DNA of 64,000 bases from a virus. The number at the start of each line of letters is the position of its first letter. Within the stretch, counting starts at the first letter, position 1. The position numbers were made by a program, and so were the translations under genes. Positions 50,782-61,689 of this stretch are shown in pieces. A model generated the notes under the pieces. It searched no databases. It was not told the DNA's origin and was given only the letters and a program-made list of their open reading frames with translations. The stretch lies in the IMG/VR virus record IMGVR_UViG_3300031643_000106, positions 5,868-69,867 of that record; one strand, written 5' to 3'.

Positions 50782-51203
50782 CCTCCCTCTTGGCGTCTTG
50801 CGCCTTGATTATATCATCCAACTCTTGCCGTGTCTTAAAGATACCCTCCTTTGCAAGTTCAACGAGTGGTTTAACCATCCGCCTAGCGTCCAGGTATGCA
50901 GTTGCCATGCCGTGATAATATCTTTCCTTCCTCGACCCTGCTACAACCATGTCTTCCATTCGACCGTGGCTGTAGTCAATTTCGTCACTAAGCCTCGTCA
51001 TGATATTCTTGACTAGCAAGGATATATCTTTCTTCACGACTACATCTTTCTCACACGCTGCACATGAGGTTAGAAATAGTCCCTCGCGTCCCAACTTGTC
51101 CTTAGTAGCCAGTGATAAGCGTATAAATGCCGCACTGTCTACTTCAAGTTCCACGACATATTTCCCTTCATCCTCTTGAAAACTTATCTTAAACCACTGG
51201 TCA

Positions 51204-51494
51204 TCAGCCATTAGCCACCGTACCCCCTTTCTCATCCTGTATCTTGATTTCGTCAGCTAAATTCTGACGACACTTGAAGATACCCTTCTTCTTATATTTT
51301 AATCGCAGGTCAGCCATCCGCTTGTGCCATAGCACGACCTCCTCTAAGTCGAAGCGCAACCGTCCACCGATGTATGTGTGTGGCATACCTTCTTTCACCC
51401 AATTTCTGATAGTGTTCCTATGCACTTGCATCATCAACGCAAGCCACGTTGTATCCAATACTTTAGGATTATCTAGCTTCTTGAATTTTGCCAT
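51204..51494 (-). CDS. Excisionase-like HTH DNA-binding protein
   Basis: LA.MMQVHRNTIRNWVKEGMP...GGRLRFDLEEV..W. Confidence 0.7.
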   Translation of the reverse strand: MAKFKKLDNPKVLDTTWLALMMQVHRNTIRNWVKEGMPHTYIGGRLRFDLEEVVLWHKRMADLRLKYKKKGIFKCRQNLADEIKIQDEKGGTVANG

Positions 51495-51505
51495 GCTGTA
51501 CCTCC

Positions 51506-52510
51506 TCATTCTGGTGGGTTATGGGTCTTACCTGTGCCAAACAAATCTTCCTTCGGTTCGGCAGGAACAGCCTTAGACCACTCTTCGTATGACGCTTTCA
51601 TGTTTTCCATAGTGGATTCATCATTCAACGCACGATTGACATTCAATGTACGCTGACCTGTTGTGCCAAAGCTGGATTGCAGGAAGCTAACTAACTCCTT
51701 GCTATCAATGCCCATTTTGGTAGCCAATTGCCCTACCATGCCATCGTATTGCTTCTTGACTTCGGGTGCGATTACTTCTGCTTTTGGCGTAGCTTTCTTT
51801 GCTGGCTTGGGACGCGCTGATTTGTTGTACCCCATTTCTTTAGTACGCTTGGGGTCAAATGACTTACCTCCTGTGCGGTAGTCGTCCATCCACTTCTGCA
51901 TCAGGTCTTTTGGCAACAACGCCAGTATCACATTACGCATAGCCTTTGATTCTGCTATACTCATGGCGTGTTCTTTCTCGATTACGCCGCCGCGTGTAGC
52001 CAACATCAGTTTTTCCCCATACCATCTACCTATAGTTATATTTGTGTGATGGTCGTGGGCTTCTGCATAGGCCATCCAAATCAACTCTCCGCCTTCTTCT
52101 TTCAATTCAGGACACTTGTCAACAGTAACAGACATCTGCCCATACGCGCGCATTGCCACAAGTGCGCCCTGATAACCAACGCCAGTGACATGAACATGCT
52201 TCTTCCCTTTCTTGCGGTACGAACATCCTTTCCCATAGTTCATGACATCGCACAAATGCCCCCAGTCTACTTTGCCATTCTCGGACGCAAAGGGCTTGTT
52301 ATAGATCACCGACGCATCATAATGTCCTGACAACTGGTCGGTAATTTCCTTCGTCAAGTCACGATCCAAGATGCGGAAGACAACCGCCTTCTCAGTAGCA
52401 TCCATATCTATTTTTTCTATTAAATCGTCAAGGATGCTGTCCTTCTGTTCTACTACCATTCCTTTGACCACCGCTGCTTCTACCTTATCTTTCTCTTGCT
52501 TCTCAGCCAT
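51506..52510 (-). CDS. Hypothetical protein, possibly ssDNA-annealing/recombination
   Basis: AESKAMRNVIL motif and a low-complexity C-terminal tail resemble phage annealing proteins; family not certain. Confidence 0.35.
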   Translation of the reverse strand: MAEKQEKDKVEAAVVKGMVVEQKDSILDDLIEKIDMDATEKAVVFRILDRDLTKEITDQLSGHYDASVIYNKPFASENGKVDWGHLCDVMNYGKGCSYRKKGKKHVHVTGVGYQGALVAMRAYGQMSVTVDKCPELKEEGGELIWMAYAEAHDHHTNITIGRWYGEKLMLATRGGVIEKEHAMSIAESKAMRNVILALLPKDLMQKWMDDYRTGGKSFDPKRTKEMGYNKSARPKPAKKATPKAEVIAPEVKKQYDGMVGQLATKMGIDSKELVSFLQSSFGTTGQRTLNVNRALNDESTMENMKASYEEWSKAVPAEPKEDLFGTGKTHNPPE

Positions 52511-52945
52511 GTTATTCCTCCTTCTTAAATCCTTTCACTACCAAACATTTTACACACTGCCGGTAGCATTTGTTGCGAAAATACCTATTCTTCCATTCGT
52601 GTTCTTCGTTGTTCAGAGTACAGTCGGACACTGTTGAGTATGTGGTGTTCGCCATCCAACGGAACTTCTTTCCACACATTAAACACTTGGCGACCGCTCC
52701 CCCTAATAGCTCGTACTTTGTTTCCCCACAGTACGGACATACGATCTTAGCCGTCATCGAGTGTTCTATCATGCCACTACCTCCAAATACAGCATGTGGA
52801 CGCTTGACATGCTTCCATCGGACATTTCTACTACCAGCCAAGTACAAGGCTTCCCCTCTTTGACAATCGTGCCTACTTGGTCATAGTATTTAGACCACTT
52901 ATTCAGGATTTTCACCTTGTCTCCTGCTTTCATCCTGCACCTCCC

Positions 52946-53203
52946 TTAATGATACTCTGGAATAAAGCATCCCAAAGTCACAACTGCGGTCGGTTTGACG
53001 CTGTGCAAACTCATATATATTTCACGCTTTTTGAGTTTAGCACCACGCAAATGCCAACACTGCTTGGCATACTGACCGTTGTAGTGATTCATCCTGCACC
53101 CGCGACAGAACAATTGTTTGTCGCTGTCTGCTACCTTGCGCCGCTTATCCTTTTCCCATACAGCTATTACATCGTCTTTGTTTCTCACAGCCCCCACCTC
53201 CAT
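52946..53203 (-). CDS. Small Cys-rich protein (paralog 1)
   Basis: FCRGCRMNHYNG....CWHL..A. Confidence 0.55.
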   Translation of the reverse strand: MEVGAVRNKDDVIAVWEKDKRRKVADSDKQLFCRGCRMNHYNGQYAKQCWHLRGAKLKKREIYMSLHSVKPTAVVTLGCFIPEYH

Positions 53204-53262
53204 ATAAGAATCGCTATCGTTACAGCTACCACTATTGTTGATATTGCGTCCATCATGCCCTC

Positions 53263-53496
53263 CTATCGTGTTATATGTGGGTCAACCATTACTGTCTGCC
53301 GCTCATGCTGACAATCTAATACTCGCTCTGCCTTTTGTTTCCACGGCGGTTTCTGCCATAGCCCCACTTTCTTTTTCCATACCACGCGTGCTGTCTTGAG
53401 ATGCCAGCACTCCTTGATGCCATGTGGATTGTTGCCGTTGTAGAAGTTCTCGGTACACTTGACGCAGTATTTACGCCGCTTATCATAGTTCTTCAC
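53263..53496 (-). CDS. Small Cys-rich protein (paralog 2)
   Basis: YCVKCTENFYNG...CWHL..A. Confidence 0.6.
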   Translation of the reverse strand: MKNYDKRRKYCVKCTENFYNGNNPHGIKECWHLKTARVVWKKKVGLWQKPPWKQKAERVLDCQHERQTVMVDPHITR

Positions 53497-54986
53497 ATCA
53501 TACCTCCATCGTTAGTTGTGCCGTCTCTGCCGCTATCCTCTGTCTCGCTATCTCATAGTATTATTCGTCATCAACTGGTGAATATACCTGTAATAACTGC
53601 GGCGTCAGCGGTTTGTTGAACGTCAGCAATGTCAAATAAACTTTGCCTGTAAATAATATCTTTATTCTCTCAAGTATTGAGAATTTCCAGCAACTAGACA
53701 CCGCGCCACTGTCGTCACCATGCTTATATGCTGGTAAAGTTAAATATTCGTCCTGACTTTCGGCATAGTTACAATTACTTCCCTTAAAATCTATTGGTTT
53801 CATCGGTTTTACTCCCTTCGTATTCTTTTCTTTTGTACCATTCTTTTGATCGTCCGGGGAATGGCGAATGCTCTGCAACAAGGTCAACTGGTGTTGGAAA
53901 TTCAGCATCATGTCCACGTAGGATATGAATAACTCTATAGTAGGCGTCTCTTTTGCCCAATCGACGCATATTCCATAAGTCATATCCCTTTTTCCCTTTC
54001 CAGCCATCAGCCGAAGAATATTCGCCATGATATTCTTTGTTGGTTTCTTGGGCTATCAATTCGTGCAGCACATCAATCAAGCTGCCCATTATACACCTCC
54101 TGTACTCTTGTGTGTCCGTAGCTTCCCCACCGATAGCCAAAGCAGACCAGCGATACATAAGACAACCCCGCTACGCATAGCCACATCGGGCATACTTCTT
54201 TCTCTCTTTGCTATAGCCAGATGACTTTCCAACATGCCGATCTTCTTTGTAGATTCAGCATAGCGTTTTTCCACTGCGCGGCAATTAACTTTTCCGTTGC
54301 CCTTTGTATCCCGCATATACTTTGGTGCGGTAAAGTACACAGCCAAGATAGCTACTGCGGTTGCTATTAAGATTATTCGCTGACATTTATTCATCTTTCA
54401 CCTCCGTTCATAACTACCGATTGCGGAAAAGATTGGCTTCCGATTACGGAAATGATAGCCTGTTTAATCTCTTCCGATTTCGGTAGTTGGTATGTTTTTA
54501 TTTCTTTTGCAAACCGTTGCCGTTATTGGCTTTGTGTGACCAGTGCAAATAAAGATTAAACCTCTTGTAAAAGCCTTCGTCTATAAGAATGGTGGCTGTT
54601 GGGTCTATCTTTCCCTTTCTAGCCACGAAGGTTCTAGGTAATACTTATTGCTGTTAAGCTCTAACCCGCCATGTTTGTATTCAATAAACTCTACTGCCGC
54701 CGCTCCTGATCCATCCATCTTCTCATTCCCCTTGCTCAGCCTCCCACCTTGCCGCTTCCCGTGCTGAAACCATGCCGGTAATTACCCCGCACCGCTTATC
54801 TATACGCGAGGCAATTCCACCGACTGTTTTCAGTTCATCCAAGCCCGTTGCATCTGGATTGTCAATATGCTTCCAGATGCTATCTATGCTTTGGCATAGC
54901 TGATCTGCGAGCTTAGCCATGTCAAGCTTTAGCAATTCTTTCTCCTGCTTTATACGCTGCTCAAGTACCATCTTCTCATTCCCCTT

Positions 54987-55184
54987 TCAACGCTTACAGC
55001 GACACCCTCTCTTGGTAGCATGTTTCAGCATCATGCAGTATTTGTCCTCCGCAACCGCCACGTCGCCACGCTCCGACCTCCCTTTAGGCCAGTTATAGTA
55101 GTTATCTCTACAGCCAGCGCACACCGTCTCTCGAAACTCATTACGCTTCTTTAGCATCTTTGCTTTTTCTTTCTTATCCATCAT
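54987..55184 (-). CDS. Small Cys-rich protein (paralog 3)
   Basis: VCAGCRDNYYN...CMML..A; SD GGAGGTG. Confidence 0.55.
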   Translation of the reverse strand: MMDKKEKAKMLKKRNEFRETVCAGCRDNYYNWPKGRSERGDVAVAEDKYCMMLKHATKRGCRCKR

Positions 55185-55357
55185 ACACCTCCGTTTCGTC
55201 ACGCTATTTGGCGGATGTAACACGCCTATTTGGCGGACGTATAATCTATTGTTTCGTTGAAACCATAAACCCGCATGGTTGTTGGCTTTGCGGCACATAA
55301 ATTAGATGTAAACCTTTGTCAGTTTCATACGTCTCTTACTCTGTAGGCTCTGGGGCT

Positions 55358-55687
55358 TCATGCTGTGCCATCCATGTACTTACTAATCATCTGGTAGGTA
55401 GTTCCCCTTTGCCATCTACCACCCGGTTCATAGACAACAACAAATCCATCCTTTCTTAATTCCTTAACGCCGCGCTGTACTGTTCTTAGCGGCAACCCTG
55501 ATTCGTCTACGAGTTCTTTCTGTGTCCACGTTACCTTGCCTGTAGCGGTAGCACCTGTCCGTATATACCTTAATCCCATAGTCAAATAGACTATTCTGGA
55601 ATAGGCTTTCAGCATACGCCATTTCTTAGATTGTAGTGTTGTTTCTGGGATAGCCACATAGTATCCATTGATCCTGTGGTCTGCCAT
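55358..55687 (-). CDS. Winged-HTH protein, paralog C
   Basis: YVAIPETTLQSKKWRML...VY...WTQKELVDESGL..RTVQRGVKEL..DGFV. Confidence 0.7.
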   Translation of the reverse strand: MADHRINGYYVAIPETTLQSKKWRMLKAYSRIVYLTMGLRYIRTGATATGKVTWTQKELVDESGLPLRTVQRGVKELRKDGFVVVYEPGGRWQRGTTYQMISKYMDGTA

Positions 55688-55691
55688 CTTG

Positions 55692-55768
55692 CACCTCCGA
55701 TTCATGTAAGGTGGTAGTGGCTGCGATGAATCGTGATCAACATGGCGTTAATCAGACACAGCCACCAC
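55692..55768 (-). ncRNA. Pseudoknot leader, copy C
   Basis: On the - strand: P1 GTGGTGGCTGTG/CGCAGCCACTAC; hairpin TGATTAAC-GCCAT-GTTGATCA; CGATTCAT pairs with ATGAATCG next to the SD GGAGGTG. Confidence 0.75.
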
Positions 55769-55806
55769 GCATAATTTAGGTTGTTGAGGGAGCTACCCTC
55801 ACCTAT

Positions 55807-55834
55807 ATTATACACCTAACACCGGAGATGTCAA
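55807..55834 (-). promoter_or_regulatory. Consensus sigma70 promoter for cassette C
   Basis: TTGACA-16-TATAAT. Confidence 0.75.
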
Positions 55835-56287
55835 GATGTTATTCCATGTATCACCCCCTAATCTTATCTATGTTAGACTGACATAGCATGATGTTACAAG
55901 CGTTATCAAGAACAGCAACCAAGTCCTCCGCGTCCAATCTTTCCAACGCTACACCCTCTAAGCACGGCAAGTCCAGAGAATATCTGCTGGCATACCCCCT
56001 GATAAACTTCTCATGTGTGTAGAGAGCGGGATTGTTCTTATTTGGTACAGTTAATTTCTTGTGACGCAGTGAAACACTGGCATCCTTATCGGAATCGCGC
56101 CTGTAGTCATTGTATGCCCCCGCGTTCCATTCCTGTTCATCATTCCAGTCTATAGGCTTCATGGCTTTGAGAAATGTACCCATGTGCCTTTGGGCATCAT
56201 TCTCGCTATGGAATATCTGAACCTCTGTCACCGTAGCCATCTTCGTATGAATAAATATCCAAACCTCAATCGTCATTTTATTACCCC

Positions 56288-57064
56288 CTAATCTACAGTA
56301 CCACCATATTTAGCGACGCAACGATCAGCGTAGCCACACCACTTGCGACTACACAGGAAATGCCCACGATTAGGCAACCACACCTCCTTTTCTATGCCGT
56401 TAGCCACAACAGCGATGAGGTTCAGAAAGTAAAGTATCATCGCTGTGTTTATGTCAACAGGGAAGCGCAATACCTCCGGCTTCTTCTTAGCCACAGCATA
56501 TATTAGCTCTGCCTGTGCCGCTACGCCGCTTTCAGACCGTGAGCCTATAGAATAGCCAGTTGTTTGTATTAAATGGTCATGACGGGGTGTTTTAAGCCCC
56601 TTCCCGGTGGTCTTATTCTCTACCACTACCCCGCCGTCTGTTACGACATCAATTATGCCCGTGAATTTCCATGACTTGTTCTCTAACTCAAGGGCAAACT
56701 CACGCTCTGCACACACCGGCTGAATAGTCGGCGCAACAACAGTCTGGTACTCACGCAAAACAGCCACGCCGCTATCCTTCACCTCGCCTTTATCCTCACC
56801 ATCCTGCCACAAGGTATCATGCGCCCGTATGTCATATTCTGTGCTGAATATGTCCAGCACGTCATCAACGGGCAAATCTTCGTGGCTTGCTACCTTCTGG
56901 TCGTAGTTCTTGTATGTTCCCGTATGAAAAGCATTGCCGCGTGTCATTGCGCCACTAGGCGGGACAATCAGTCCTTCACAGTACCTCCAGAAGTATTGTG
57001 CAGGACAGCGCAAATAGATATTGACACTACTGGCGGATAAATGGTCAATCTCCATTGTCATCAC
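56288..57064 (-). CDS. PD-(D/E)XK exonuclease (RecB/Cas4-like, probable Fe-S cluster)
   Basis: HLSASS..YLRCP..YF.RY, GNAFH, GIIDVV..VENKT, Q..GY and CSRKWCGY..RC. Confidence 0.85.
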   Translation of the reverse strand: MMTMEIDHLSASSVNIYLRCPAQYFWRYCEGLIVPPSGAMTRGNAFHTGTYKNYDQKVASHEDLPVDDVLDIFSTEYDIRAHDTLWQDGEDKGEVKDSGVAVLREYQTVVAPTIQPVCAEREFALELENKSWKFTGIIDVVTDGGVVVENKTTGKGLKTPRHDHLIQTTGYSIGSRSESGVAAQAELIYAVAKKKPEVLRFPVDINTAMILYFLNLIAVVANGIEKEVWLPNRGHFLCSRKWCGYADRCVAKYGGTVD

Positions 57065-60000
57065 CTGACCTTAGAGCAGATAGAGCATCCGCCAGTCCGC
57101 ACAGGAAACCAATACTTGCCTCAAACGAAGAAGCCCCTGATTGCAGTTCCCCTAATTCGTTTAGTCCTCCAGTATCGTGTCCCGGCTTAGCAAGAATCCT
57201 TTTGACTCCTTCAAGCCTTCTTATCAAACTATCTGCCTGATCAGTCAACGATTCTTTCTTGTGAATAATTCGGTTCTCTATGAACAGAATTGCCTCCGGC
57301 TTTTCCATCTTTAGCCTCCTTGCAGGATATACACCCATGCGGACACTCATGCGGTGTTATTGCCGCACATACACGACACCAGATACGCGCCGCCTTCTTT
57401 GGTCTAGGGAAGCGGTAACTTGGCTCGTCGTCATTCCCCGGCTTCTGGAATCTGCTAGGCCATAACGCAAACTCGTCGCCACGCTCACTCATTATCATCC
57501 ACCTCTCGTTTCAAGAAATCTACATACCCTTTTCGTCTTTCCTCATCGGCCTGTCCAATTTTCGCCATTTGGGACATAACATTAGCATGTTCCTCGCGCA
57601 GTAGGTGAAGAAGTTCATGCAAGAATCTACCATTTAACCCCCTCACCTTGTGATTTGGTAAGTTATATCGCGTCCTCTCGGCCATATCGTTTATTTTAAC
57701 TTCCCCCTGTTCCGACACGGTATATTTAATTATTAACCATCCCCTAGTATCAAGCGATCCAGCAGGCGGTACGTCTCTTAATTCTACGAGACAGTGATCT
57801 ACCTCCTGCCGATACCTTATTTCCAGCCTACCCACTATCAGCTCCGAGGGAGCATCTTCTAATAGTTTGGATATTTCTCGTAGAATTTCCTCTGCTGTCA
57901 TATCAATCCTCCTTTCCTAATAGTGTGTCTATCTCTGCTTCAATGTGCTTGATAACACGGTCAGCCTTCGCCATGTCGCCCCTGTATCTGGCAAAATCAG
58001 CCGCATTTCTTTCTATAAACTTTTGCCAATCACTCTTGGGCTTAATATTGTCTCGTATGAACTTAATGTCAACTCCCATCTTCCAACGCCTCCTCATGTA
58101 GTGATATAATAGTGTCTGGATATTGTACCCAATACACTATTACTTTACCCAAACTACCATACACAGCACTGCATCTGCTGAATACTATTCCCCCTTCCCC
58201 GTAATGGAGCGACCTCTTGTCGCAACAGATGACAGGTTGTCCAATTCGGAACTTATACTTTCCCTTATCGCCGCTATCTGATCCCATAGTGTAACCAACT
58301 CCTTCTTGAGAGTGTCTATGCGCTCGTTGGCATCGGCAATCTCCCTGTTCTTCTTATGACACAGATTGAACCAGTATTCCTTTCCCATTTCCAATCTGCC
58401 GATTTTCTTGGTGCGCTTCAACGCCAGCTTGCGCCACCTGTCCTTGATTGCCGTCAAGTGGTAAATATCGAACTTAATACCAGTTACTTCCCTTGCGTTG
58501 ATATAGCTATCCTGCGCCAGTTTTTGATTTTTGCGCTTCAATATAGTTATCTCGTCAGCCATTTCCTTATCTGCCATGCTGAAAGACGCATCGTGGAACT
58601 CGTCTAGCGCACGCTTGAGACGTGCGTTCTTGTTGCGTTCCATGCACAAATCTTGTGCCACGTCTCGGACTTCTGAGTCAGATTCCACCGCCTTATTCAT
58701 CCAGTGGTAGACATTAGCCTTCTGCTTGCGTAGCTCGTCGTCTAGCTCCTGTATCTTGCCTAGAGCATGATCGTATACCCTACGGGTTACGGGGTCATGC
58801 CTTGTTATGATTCTTCTCATCACTAACCTCCCTCATACAACTACTGCATATAACCTGTTGATGCCATACCCATAAATCGCTGATCTCGCACACCTCTCCG
58901 CATAGATCACACACTGCCGTCATTCTCCTCTCCTTTCCATAAAAGTTTTGCATACCTCTTTAATATCACGCCTACTTTGCCACCGCCAGCGTCTATCCTC
59001 CATGCCGGTATGTTCTTGCCAACCACGTCATCGCCACGTACCCAACCATAATAAGCACACCCTTCGCTCTGTATGAAATCGCCAACCTCTATCATGCTGT
59101 CAACCTCCTGTCATGCCAATGTCCGACACTTTATGGTCGCACCTTACGCATTATGTCTAACCGACGGCGCGCACGTCCTAGCTGTTGCCTGTAATACCAC
59201 ACACTGCCGCCATCACTACCCCTCCTCGCAACCACTAATTTATTTGTCATACCGCTTATGCCAGTTGTCAGTGATTTGACCATTTCTTTCTCGCGCTCTG
59301 TCATGTTATCTGCACCGCCCTTTTGATATGCGTACCTATAACTGTCTGCGCTATGTCCACATCTGTTTCTTTCACCATCAGCCAGTTTTGCCTCTCTGAT
59401 AATATCAGCCTGAAAGATACCCCTCGTTTTCTTAGGGGCTTATTCACTGCCCGTATCTCGTCGCGTTGTAGACAGAAATGCCAGACATATCCCGCCGCCC
59501 TATGCTTATCAAGCTTACTCATCAAACCAGTGAGTTCCTCTAACCACGTTGTCATCTTCTCCGCTCCTTGTGTAAGTTTTGGCTGCTCTTCATAGCCGCC
59601 CCACCACGGAACGGCGACGCCCCGAAGGGCGTTTCGCTTTATTCGTTGAGTGTTTCAAGGGCTTGCATGAGATCGTGGATAGGGTCGCTATCCGCCTTTA
59701 TCTCATATATCCAATATGTCTTTCCCCCGCGTGTGACCGATTTGCGTTTACGCAAACCGGACGTGATAGCACAGGCCGCGCTGTATAGCCTGTCGATTTT
59801 GTTCCCCAACGTAACTTTACCGTTTTGATTTGTCATTATCCTGTCCTCCTGTGGTGTGTGGGCGACCGATGCCGCCCGGTGGTTATGCCTGAACTAGCCT
59901 CCCTAGCTGATTGCTCCATACTTGACCGCCCCTGAATGACGGGTAATTCCTGACATGAAATGTGTAGCTTTTCATGATGCCTCCCTCATTCCACTATGCC

Positions 60001-61677
60001 AGTTTTTACCGACCGTTCCAATTCCCAGTAAGCGCCCAACAAAACGTAATTTATCCCCTCTTTTGACATCTTACGAGGCATGTTTCCGATCTTGCCCTGC
60101 CACTTATAAGCCAAAGCCGAAAGTTCGGTTTTCTTGATATGCCTGATGCAATGCTCTAATACAACGCGCAACCGCCGCGCCGATGTTACAAGAGGATAAT
60201 CGGTTGACAATGCCTCCAATGCCTCATTTATATCCTCGTTATCTGTTACGGGAACCTCAGAACCGACTTGACTATTCCATGCTATTGTCACGGCTTAACC
60301 TCCTCAATTATTTGTTACCCACTTTATAGCCTCAATCAGCCGCGCATCTGCGTTGTCAAGGTTAAACTCTTTTGCTATAAAATCAATAACACCGGATAAC
60401 TCCCCGCGCTTATATATACTAGCAGTGCGGCGCATTATCTGGGCTTTTCCGCGCATTGACTTGTCAAGATATGTCATCATACCCTCCTCAATATTCGGAC
60501 ATGTATGTTATGTTCTCGCGGTTGATTATCTCTTCAAATTGCTCTTCGGTTATTTCGCCGGTTTTTAAGAAACAGTTGGACTTACACTCACACAAAAACG
60601 GTCTTTTGTCATAGAGTCTCCCGCAATATTGGCAAAACGTTACGGTTCTTATTCTCGTCTCAGTCACACCAAACACCTCCTCAATATTGACTAGCGTATA
60701 CCGCCTCATCTGCCACGCTGCACAAAAACCGCCTGTAATCTGCCGCTCCACACTCGCACGTTGATCGCTTGTTACGTGGATTAGCAGGCCAATAATACAT
60801 GGTATCGCCTTTTTTGATAGGCTTCCCACACGCTGAACACACGCCGTTATACTTTGCCGTCATCTGGTACGGGTCTTTATTCACATAGCGTCTCATAGTA
60901 CAACCTCCCTTATTGACCGTATGCCACACTTTCATCAGAGAATATATAGCAGAACCGCTCCAAAGTTTCATATCGTCGCGCTGTGTTATCCCACTGATGA
61001 AACATTATTATAACTGTCATTTGTTTAGTTATCCATATTCCACTAATAGCGCAACGCAACGCCCCTAAATAATCCAACGACTTATAAACCTCTTCCCAAA
61101 ACATAACTAAACCTCCGTATATACCGCCATAGAATCAGGCATAAGAGACGCGTTCCAATAGCTGTAACTGGCTTCTCTTTTCCGCGCGAATTTCGGCGGT
61201 TTCTACCTCTATACTGTCGATATATCTAATACAGTCCTCTTTTGTAATTTCCGTCAACGTGCGTATACCTTCGCCCGGTTTGCAATACTTATCACCTGTC
61301 AAAGTATAACCTAAAAAGAATCTTTTGTTGTGGTTTGTCAGCCAAAGCTTGCAAACCTTCTTTGCCTCTTTGGTATCTTCTTTTGTATATTCCTTCCCTT
61401 CCCTGTCACGGAGCCAAACCTCTTTGTCAAGGTTTATTATATCTGTGCCGGTCTCGCGCATACCATATAGGAAACAGCCAAACGGATTTTTGCGAAAAAA
61501 CTCTCTGTCGTGTTGCGTGAAATCCGCCGTATAATGCTTGACGTAATCCAGAACCGGCTTTTTTAGCATCATATAATATGTCGGGTGCTTGTTTGGATTC
61601 TTATTACTTGTCTGATTAAACCAGACCGCCCTTAGCCTTCTTTGTTCTGATAATGTGAGAATGTTTACGCTTGACAT
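57045..61677 (-). other. Array of small early hypothetical genes
   Basis: Closely packed - strand ORFs (e.g. 57485-57901, 58185-58823, 59301-59555, 59639-59836, 59986-60291, 61135-61677), most with GGAGG-type SDs. Confidence 0.6.
59581..59637 (-). ncRNA. Type II hammerhead-ribozyme-like RNA (non-canonical core)
   Basis: On the - strand: GC-GAAA-CGCCC-TTCG-GGGCG-TC-GCCGTTCC-GTGGT-GGGGCGGC-TATGAAGA-GC; intergenic. Confidence 0.55.
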
Positions 61678-61689
61678 AACTAACCTCCG

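Noticed and set aside
56288-57064. Cas4 as a sign of a CRISPR-Cas system
   Set aside because: Stand-alone Cas4/RecB-like nucleases are common in phages; no array or other cas gene is present.
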